6,624 bases of DNA, taken from NCBI RefSeq assembly GCF_006345805.1, contig NW_021829281.1, forward strand, positions 1 through 6,624, given 5' to 3'. This document shows, one piece after another, positions 1 to 6,471 of the stretch (the first letter of the stretch is position 1; every line of letters begins with the position of its first letter). Below the pieces are notes generated by a model. It was not told the origin of the DNA. It worked only from the letters and a program-made list of their open reading frames with translations, and did not search any database. This stretch comes from Octopus sinensis. Its lineage: Eukaryota. The position numbers were made by a program, and so were the translations under genes.

Positions 1-60
1 GCAGGGATCACCACCATCCCCTGACGGAGCCTCGTGGAGCTTTAGGTGTTTTCGCTCAAT
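1..60 (-). mobile_element. Headless internal fragment of tRNA-derived SINE family A, running off the window edge
   Basis: 1..60 matches 296..357 apart from one substitution and a T3 versus T5 run. It abuts the 3' end of the full copy at 61 with no tRNA head. Confidence 0.85.
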
Positions 61-447
61 ATGGAAGCACTCCGTCGGTTACGACGACGAGGGTTCCGGT
101 TGATCCGATCAACGGAACAGCTTGCTCGTAAAATTATCGTGTAAGTGGCTGAGCACTCCACAGACACGTGTACCCTTGACGTAGTTCTCGGGGATATTCA
201 GCGTGACACAGAGAGTGACAAGGCCGGCCCTTTGAAATACAGGTACAACAGAAACAGGAAGTAAGAGTGAGAGAAAGTTGTGGTGAAAGAGTACAGCAGG
301 GATCACCACCATCCCCTGCCGGAGCCTCGTGGAGCTTTTTAGGTGTTTTCGCTCAATAAACACTCACAACGCCCGGTCTGGGAATCGAAACCGCGATCCT
401 ACGACCGCGAGTCCGCTGCCCTAACCACTGGGCCATTGCGCCTTCAC
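61..447 (-). mobile_element. Full-length tRNA-derived SINE, family A (tRNA-Arg-like head), octopus-type
   Basis: On the minus strand there is an A box TGGCCCAGTGG (435..425) and a B-box-like GTTTCGATTCC (391..381) in a tRNA-like head. Homologous copies lie at 1..60 and 6472..6624, and two hairpins sit at the 3' end. tRNA-derived OK/OR1/OR2 SINEs are described from octopus, but I cannot assign which family this is. Confidence 0.85.
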
Positions 448-558
448 TATGCTCATAGGATACAGGCAATAACAAAATAAACGAGTTTATCAGGAATCAA
501 ATTTAAAACTAAGGAGAAAATGGAGAAAATTCTACATCAACAAATTGATTAGTATCGA

Positions 559-980
559 TTACTCTTTACTCTTTACTCTTTTACTTGTTTCAGTCATTTG
601 AGTGCGGCCATGCTGGGGCACCACCTTTACTTGAGCAAATCGACCCCGGGACTTATTCTTTCTGTAAGCCCAGTACTTATTCTATCGGTCTCTTTTTGCC
701 GAACCGCTATGTGACGGGGACGTAAACACAACAGCATCGGTTGTCAAGCAATGCTAGGGGAACAAACACAGACACACAAACACACACACATACATATATA
801 TATATATACATATATACGACAGGCTTCTTTCAGTTTCCGTCTACCAAATCCACTCACAAGGCATTGGTCGGCCCGAGGCTATAGCAGAAGACACTTGCCC
901 AAGATGCCTCGCAGCGGGACTGAACCCGGAACCATGTGGTTGGTTAGCAAGCTACTTACCACACAGCCACTCCTGCGCCT
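559..980 (-). mobile_element. Full-length tRNA-derived SINE, family B (CORE-like central segment, internal TA/GT microsatellite, (AAAGAGT)n tail)
   Basis: The minus-strand head AGGCGCAGGAG-TGGCTGTGTGG...GGTTCAGTCCC carries degenerate A/B boxes. It is followed by CTTGGGCAAGTGTCTTC, which resembles the start of the CORE domain. The tail reads (ACTCTTT)n on + at 561..582. Full-length homologues lie at 1465..1827 and 5911..6331. Confidence 0.9.
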
Positions 981-1167
981 ATATATATATATATACATAT
1001 ATACGACGGGCTTCTTTCAGTTTCCGTCTACCAAATCCACTCACAAGGCATTGGTCGGCCCGGGGCTATAGCAGGAGACACTTGCCCAAGGTGCCACGCA
1101 GTGGGCTGAACCAGGAAACCATGTGGTTGGTTAGCAAGCTACTTACCACACAGCCACTCCTGCGCCT
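981..1167 (-). mobile_element. Tandem extra head (tRNA + CORE-like part) of SINE family B, unit 2
   Basis: 187-bp direct repeat of ~793..980, starting in the (TA)n tract and ending at CTCCTGCGCCT. Confidence 0.9.
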
Positions 1168-1352
1168 ATATATATATATACATATATACGACGGGCTTCT
1201 TTCAGTTTCCGTCTACCAAATCCACTCACAAGGCATTGGTCGGCCCGGGGCTATAGCAGAAGACACTTGCCCAACATGCCACGCAGCGGGACTGAACCCG
1301 GAACCATGTGGTTGGTTAGCAAGCTACTTACCACACAGCCACTCCTGCGCCT
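1168..1352 (-). mobile_element. Tandem extra head of SINE family B, unit 3
   Basis: 185-bp direct repeat of units 1 and 2 with the same boundaries. Confidence 0.9.
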
Positions 1353-1464
1353 ATTATTATTTTTTGATACGAAACTTTATCATTTCTAACAGCCGTTTCT
1401 ACTTCCAATGTGATTCAGCGCTACCAAAGAGAATTCTGAGAAATAATATTCGTTATATTCTATA

Positions 1465-1827
1465 GCAGGAGTGGCTGTGTGGTAAGTAGCTTGCTAACCA
1501 ACCACACGGTTGCGGGTTCAGTCCCACTGCGTGGCATCTTGGGCAAGAGTCTTCTGCTATAGCCCCGGGCTGACCAATGCCTTGTGAGTGGATTTGGTAG
1601 ACGGAAACTGAAAGAAGCCTGTCGTATATATGTATATATATGTATATGTGTGTTGTGTTTGTGTGTCTGTGTTTGTCCCCCTAGCATTGCTTGACAACCG
1701 ATGCTGGTGTGTTTAGGTCCCCGTCACATAGCGGTTCGGCAAATAGAGACCGATAGAATAAGTACTAAAAGGTGGTGCTCCAGCATGGCCGCAGTCAAAT
1801 GACTGAAACAAGTAAAAAGAGAGAGAG
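1465..1827 (+). mobile_element. SINE family B copy with a ~42-bp internal deletion, inverted relative to 559..1352
   Basis: A-box-like TGGCTGTGTGG at 1472..1482 and B-box-like GGTTCAGTCCC at 1515..1525. Colinear with the reverse complement of 559..980, except that the GGGCTTAC...GCTCAAGT segment is missing near 1765. Confidence 0.9.
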
Positions 1828-1872
1828 CACATCCGATCTGGTACATGGAGCTTCATCAGAGTGAAGGAAAAT

Positions 1873-2176
1873 AGTTAAGTTAAGTTAAGTTAAGTTAAGT
1901 TAATTTTTTGGCTCAAAAAGCAAAAAGCAAGGCCATGTAGGAGGACATGGTGTTATGTACAGGGAGGGTGTTCATGCAAATAGTTCAGGCCATTTGTGGT
2001 CAAGGGAGACTTTGAACCAAGCGGTCGTCGGCATCTTCACTATCTCGTCCGGCAGCTTATTCCACGGATCCGCAATCCGGACGGAGAAAGCCCCTCTCCT
2101 TCGATTGAGATGAAATCGTCGCAGATAGAGCTTTTCGGAGTGACCCCACAGCCGACGCTCTGGAGCAGGAGTGAAG
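1873..2176 (-). mobile_element. 5'-truncated 3' end of a CR1/L2-clade LINE, copy 1
   Basis: (AGTTA)6 tail at 1873..1902. The minus strand translates ...DPWNKLPDEIVKMPTTAWFKVSLDHKWPELFA* with the TGA stop at 1974..1972, followed by a short 3' UTR. Highly similar to copies 2 and 3. Confidence 0.85.
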
Positions 2177-2211
2177 TAGTAGTAGTAGTAGTGGTGGTGG
2201 TGGTGGTGGTG

Positions 2212-2262
<51 letters not shown>
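2176..2262 (+). repeat. Compound trinucleotide microsatellite (GTA)5(GTG)10(GTA)14
   Basis: Read directly from the sequence. It produces the spurious poly-Val in ORF 1996..2268. Confidence 0.97.
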
Positions 2263-2688
2263 AGTTAAGTTAAGTTAATTTTTTGGCTCAAAAAGCAAAA
2301 AGCAAGGCCATGTAGGGGGACATGGTGTTATGTACAGGGTGGTGTTCATGCAAAGAGTTCAGGCCATTTGCGGTCAAGGGAGACTGAACCAAGCGGTCGT
2401 CGGCATCTTCACTATCTCATCCGGCAGCTTATTCCACGGATCCGCAACCCGGACGGAGAAAGCCTGTTTCCTTCGATTGAGATGAAATCGTCGCAGATAG
2501 AGCTTTTCGGAGTGACCCTGCAGCCGACGTTCTGGGGCAGGAGTGAAGAACAGCTCTTTCGAGAGGTTACACTTTCCGCTTATGATGTTGTGAGCGAGAA
2601 TGAGATCACCACGGCGTCGTCGTTTTTCTAGAGAATAAATGTCGAGCGTCTTCAGCCTTTCTTCATAAGACAAATGCTTGAGACCAAT
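2263..2688 (-). mobile_element. 5'-truncated 3' end of a CR1/L2-clade LINE, copy 2 (ORF2 C-terminal remnant)
   Basis: Translates IGLKHLSYEERLKTLDIYSLEKRRRRGDLI...RLQGHSEKL...AFSVRVADPWNKLP, matching the CR1/L2 post-RT motifs YEERL..L...SLEKRR.RGDLI, RGH..KL and F..RV...WN.LP. A 2-bp deletion relative to copies 1 and 3 near 2385 frameshifts the end. (AGTTA)3 tail at 2263..2277. Confidence 0.88.
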
Positions 2689-2883
2689 CGAGGGCGAATC
2701 GAAGTAAAATATATGAAATGAAAGAAGAGAAGAGAAAAGAACAGGGCCTCGAGATGAGGAAAGAAGGGTTAATATATTTGAGTCCTACCATTTTGCAGTG
2801 TAACGCTTGAAGTTGATGTGCAAATGTCTAAACTAAATGATTAAGTGGTGGCTTAATCTTTCTTTAGGGGTAACAGGATGTAT

Positions 2884-3055
2884 ATAAATAAATAAATGCG
2901 CCCTTTTAAAGCCTAGCCAGGCTCATAGACCCGGTTTCCCGGTTTCTATGGCGCATGTGTTCCCCAGCAGGACGGGACACAAAACATTTTATTTCACGTT
3001 GCTCCAGTCCACTCAGCTGGCAAAAATGAGTAACGCTGCGATGGACTGGCGTCCC
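2884..3055 (-). mobile_element. Truncated SINE family C (V-domain-like) with an internal inversion
   Basis: The (ATTT)n tail and 3' end are on the minus strand (2884..2978), with a stem-loop AGCCT-GGCT-AGGCT at 2923..2910. Segment 2979..3055 is in the opposite orientation. The motif GCGATGGACTGGCGTCCCGTCC(A)G, which I recall from V-SINE-type elements, is split between the two orientations. Family assignment is from memory. Confidence 0.65.
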
Positions 3056-3272
3056 TGGTGGGTGCTTTCAATCCAACCAACAATACGTATCTGGACTGTT
3101 GCCATAGTAACGAAGCTAAAGCTCGCAGAGTGAAGCCACTTGGCACAGATTAACCTTGAACTCGGTTGTGTCCTAAGTTTTAACGTTCTAGCTCACTTCC
3201 ACTATTTGCAGCAATACTCGGAATGAAGGTGTGTAGCGTGTGATTGATGCATCGACCATGAGAGTGAAACGC

Positions 3273-3919
3273 AAAGTGTTCAAAAAAGTCTTCATCGTTC
3301 TCGACAGAATTAAGGAGATTTTGTGCAACTGAAATCCGAGTGTCCTTTTGGTTATCTGAAAGCTGTTTTGACACAAACTTGGTAGACACGTGTCTCATAC
3401 CCAAATCTTCAGTGATAATGGACTGAACTGAACCGTAACTAATCTGCACATCCTCTGATAAATCACGGTTAGTGATTCTCCTCACCATTTCCCCTCACAA
3501 CTGCATGTATATCTGCGATGTTTTTCTCAATTCTGCTGGTTGCGGGTCTCCCAGTGGATGCATCAATATCGATATTTTTTAAGTTAAGTTAATTTTTTGG
3601 CTCATAAAGCAAAAAGCAAGGCCATGTAGGGGGACATGGAGTAATGTATAGGGAGGGTGTTCATGCAAAGAGTTCAGGCCATTTCTGATCAAGAGAGACT
3701 TTGAACCAAGCGGTCGTCGGCATCTTCATTATCTCGTCCGGCAGCTTATTCCACGGATCCGCAACCCGGACGGAGAAAGCTCCTCTCGACTATTTTGACT
3801 CACTTATGCACTAGTACAATAGAACACTTGTATGCGGCTCATATACTCCTCTCCATACTCTTTCTGCGACTTTGCGTAGTCCTCTGAGCAGGTATTGCCA
3901 TGACAACTTTCTCTGTCAT
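3273..3919 (-). pseudogene. Mariner transposase N-terminal (DNA-binding) remnant, frameshifted and LINE-interrupted
   Basis: Starts at ATG 3919..3917 (MTEKV). After frameshifts it reads GNTCSEDYAKSQKEYGEEYMSRIQVF, then DIDASTGRPATSRIEKNIADIHAVV (GRP motif), then RRITNRDLSEDVQISYGSVQSIITEDLGMRHVSTKFVSKQL (second HTH and a WVPHEL-like linker), then ...ENDEDFLNTL. It ends before the TGDETW-type first catalytic motif. Confidence 0.85.
3579..3785 (-). mobile_element. 5'-truncated CR1/L2-clade LINE 3' end, copy 3, nested in the mariner
   Basis: Same 3' UTR, stop codon and (AGTTA)2 tail as copies 1 and 2. Flanked by TCGA-TATTTT (3569..3578) and TCGACTATTTT (3786..3796). Confidence 0.88.
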
Positions 3920-4125
3920 GCTCAATGCGATGATCACGCGCTACACACCTTCCTTCCAAGCACTGCTGTACGCGTTAAAACTTAGTGCGCATGCACAACA
4001 AACTTCAAGGTCAATCTTTTCCAAGCAGCATTAATCTGCGTACCTTAGCCTCGTTACTATGGCAATAGTCCGGATACTTATTGATCAGACCTCGTATATT
4101 TATGTACACATGTAAGTAAACAGAC

Positions 4126-4205
4126 GATGTATATATATGATGTATGTGTGCAAAGATCCATTTACCTATACATACACACATGTATACATGCATAGACACA
4201 CACAC

Positions 4206-4270
<65 letters not shown>

Positions 4271-4320
4271 GTATATATGTATGTGTGCTTGTGTGTGGGT
4301 GGTGTGTGCATATATATTAC

Positions 4321-4353
<33 letters not shown>

Positions 4354-4376
4354 CATACATATATATATATATTATA

Positions 4377-4430
<54 letters not shown>

Positions 4431-4460
4431 TATGTATGTATATATGTGTATATATATACA
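4126..4460. repeat. Imperfect (TA)n/(CA)n/(TG)n low-complexity microsatellite tract
   Basis: (CA)n at ~4195..4218, then a long interrupted (TA)n at ~4219..4458. It is the source of the YIYI/CVCV pseudo-ORFs. Confidence 0.95.
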
Positions 4461-4581
4461 TGTTTGTGAATGTGTGAGGTTGTGGGATAGAATAACATCG
4501 TAAAACAAGGCATATCTACAAACAAACCTCGAAACTCCGTCACACACAGAGACATAAACGCAAACACACACGCACACTTAC

Positions 4582-4623
4582 TTTACTTCTACGTAAGCCT
4601 CAAAAACGACGAGGCCTTAAAAG
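4582..4623 (-). other. Candidate 42-nt non-coding exon of a minus-strand transcript
   Basis: On the minus strand: branch-like CTTAC (4650..4646), pyrimidine tract TTTTTTCGCTTTCAG ending at 4624, and donor AAA|GTAAGT (4581..4576). All three frames contain stops. This rests on motifs only, with no expression evidence. Confidence 0.25.
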
Positions 4624-4896
4624 CTGAAAGCGAAAAAAGTCTGGCGTAAGAAAAGGATGTGGGCGAAAGGATAAATAAACAATAAGAAAAATTCGGTCAA
4701 AATCAGGAAATAGGAAAAAAAAAGAGAATTATGGAACGTCACTCAATGAATGGATACGGTGGCTTGTTTCTTGGTGGCAGGGGTTAGGAGGGAAAAAAAA
4801 AAAACCCCAAAAAATCGCGTAGCAAAACAAAAAAATCATGTCCTCCAAAAAAAGAAAATGGTGGGCATTATGTTTGTAGTGTTATTTATGCGATGA

Positions 4897-4923
4897 GGGT
4901 TGCGGGGTTGGGGGCGAACTGGG
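4897..4923 (+). other. Canonical G-quadruplex motif
   Basis: GGG-TTGC-GGGG-TT-GGGGG-CGAACT-GGG: four G-runs with loops of 4, 2 and 6 nt. Confidence 0.55.
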
Positions 4924-5014
4924 TCTAAGGTGGAGCCGAAGCGAAAACCTAAATACTCACGTTTTTGACGGAGAAATCAGAGACTTAAGACAGTACTAAT
5001 AATATACAATGAGC

Positions 5015-5718
5015 GTGTGTGTGTGTGTGTGTGTGTTTCTGTGTGTGTGTTTCTGTGTGTGTGTATGTGTACGTGTATGGGTAGGAGTGTGTGTGTGTGT
5101 GTGTGTTTCTGTGTGTGTGTATGTGTACGTGTATGTGTACGTGTATGGGTAGGAGTGTGTGTGTGTGTGTGTGTTTCTGTGTGTGTGTATGTGTACGTGT
5201 ATGGGTAGGAGTGTGTGTGTGTGTGTGTTTCTGTGTGTGTGTATGTGTACGTGTATGTGTACGTGTATGGGTAGGAGTGTGTGTGTGTGTGTGTTTCTGT
5301 GTGTTTCTGTGTGTGTGTGCATGTGTATATGTATGGGTAGGAGTGTGTGTGTGTGAGTGTGTGTGTGTGTGTGTGTGTGTTCTGTGTGTGTGTATGTGTA
5401 CGTGTATGGGTAGGAGTGTGTGTGTGTGTGTTTCTGTGTGTGTGTATGTGTACGTGTATGGGTAGGAGTTTGTGTGTGTGTGTGTGTGTGTTTCTTTGTG
5501 TGTGTATGTGTACGTGTATGGGTAGGAGTTTGTGTGTGTGTATGTGTGTGTGTGTATGTGTACGTGTACGGGTAGGAGTGTGTGTGTATGTGTGTGTGTG
5601 TATGTGTGTGTGTATGTGTACGTGTATGGGTAGGTGTGTGTGTGTGTGTGTGTTTCTTTGTGTGTGTATGTGTACGTGTATGGGTAGGAGTGTGTGTGTG
5701 TGGTGTGTGTGTGTGTGT
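5015..5718 (+). repeat. GT-rich minisatellite of ~11 variable units (~50-70 bp), each (GT)n-TTCT-(GT)n-ATGTGTACGTGTAT-GGGTAGGA
   Basis: The GGGTAGG(A/T)G anchor recurs at about 5079, 5147, 5203, 5269, 5335, 5408, 5460, 5520, 5570, 5628 and 5682. Confidence 0.95.
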
Positions 5719-5910
5719 ATAAGGATAGGGGACACGTGCTGTGAGTTTCTTTTGTGGCGTACGGGGTATGTTACATCCTGGTAGTTATTTTATGTAAATA
5801 TACAAACCAGCTCATATACATTCATATCTACGCAAAAGTAGATATATATACACACATACACACATGCAGAGGACCACAAGGAAAAACATACAGATGTAAT
5901 AGCCTCTCAG

Positions 5911-6331
5911 ACTCTTTGACTCTTTTACTCTTTTATTTGTTTCAGTCATTTGACTGCGGCCATGCTGGAGCACCGCCTTTAATCGAGCAACTCGACCCCG
6001 GGACTTATTCTTTTGTAAGCCCAGTGCTTATTCTATCGGTCTCTTTTGCCGAATCGCTAAGTGACGGGGACGTAAGCACACCAGCATCGGTTGTCAAGCA
6101 ATGCTAGGGGGACAAGCACAGATACACAAACATATACACACACACTTACATATATATATACATATATACGACAGGCTTCTTTCAGTTTCCGTCTACCAAA
6201 TCCACTCACAAGGCATTGGTCGGCCGGGGGGCTATAGCAGAAGACACTTGCCAAGATGCCACGCAGTGGACTGAACCCGGAACCATGAGGTTGGTTAGCA
6301 AGCTACTTACCACACAGCCACTCCTATGCCT
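5911..6331 (-). mobile_element. Full-length SINE family B copy
   Basis: Colinear with 559..980, from the (ACTCTTT)n tail at 5911 to the head end CACTCCTATGCCT at 6331. Confidence 0.9.
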
Positions 6332-6471
6332 ATGTGTACACAAACATTTCATCACTATAAACAAATATTCTGTGTGGCTGCTCGGCAAACATATCCAAAC
6401 ACTCAGACATAGGATTTATAACGTTTTTCTTCAACACCTTTCATTCTCGATATAATTCCTATTCTGTGCAA

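Larger units (their letters stand above)
3081..4094 (-). mobile_element. Non-autonomous Tc1/mariner (DD34D mariner-like) element with long imperfect inverted arms, interrupted by a LINE
   Basis: The right end reads TA-CGAGGTCTGATCAATAAG on the minus strand, with TA at 4095..4096 and a CGAGG terminus like Hsmar2/irritans-type TIRs. 3081..3121 matches rc 4043..4083 at 36/41 nt, and 3209..3244 matches rc 3933..3968 at 31/36 nt. Transposase remnants lie between the arms. The outer ~13 bp of the left end is lost or degenerate. Confidence 0.85.

Noticed and set aside
109-363. 84-aa minus-strand ORF
   Set aside because: It lies wholly within SINE A, starts at a non-ATG codon and has no recognisable domain.
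370-447. tRNA-like sequences with A/B boxes (also 1465..1530 and 6472..6540)
   Set aside because: They lack a proper acceptor stem and canonical anticodon arm, and they continue into SINE bodies. These are SINE heads, not tRNA genes.
820-1270. A/G differences between SINE B head units as a possible footprint of A-to-I edited templates
   Set aside because: There are only a few sites, they read as T/C on the SINE sense strand, and ordinary transitions explain them.
793-1352. Regularly spaced direct repeats resembling a CRISPR-like array
   Set aside because: The units are contiguous ~186-bp SINE heads with no unique spacers, there are no cas genes, and the context is eukaryotic.
751-1687. Similar ORFs at 751..1071, 1082..1465 and 1460..1687 (also 5754..6455) that look like a small protein family (WLVSKLLTTQPLL)
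   Set aside because: They are antisense translations of SINE B copies. The similarity reflects the DNA repeat, not a gene family.
1785-1792. CATGGCC shared between the SINE B 3' region and the LINE 3' UTR, suggesting a SINE-LINE partnership
   Set aside because: The match is only 7 bp, and the tails ((AAAGAGT)n versus (TAACT)n) and hairpins (CAGTC-AAAT-GACTG versus CCATGT-N6-ACATGG) differ.
1996-2631. Plus-strand ORFs, one with poly-Val
   Set aside because: They are antisense to the LINE ORF2 remnants, and the poly-Val is the GTA/GTG microsatellite.
2948-3133. 61-aa ORF
   Set aside because: It is a chance read-through across the SINE C inversion junction into the mariner arm.
4011-5784. Many overlapping YIYI/HTHT/CVCV ORFs, including a 252-aa His/Thr-rich one
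   Set aside because: Dinucleotide repeats lack stop codons in most frames, so these are artefacts.
5824-5845. Hairpin ATATCTAC-GCAAAA-GTAGATAT
   Set aside because: It is an isolated 8-bp AT-rich stem in low-complexity DNA, which is expected by chance.
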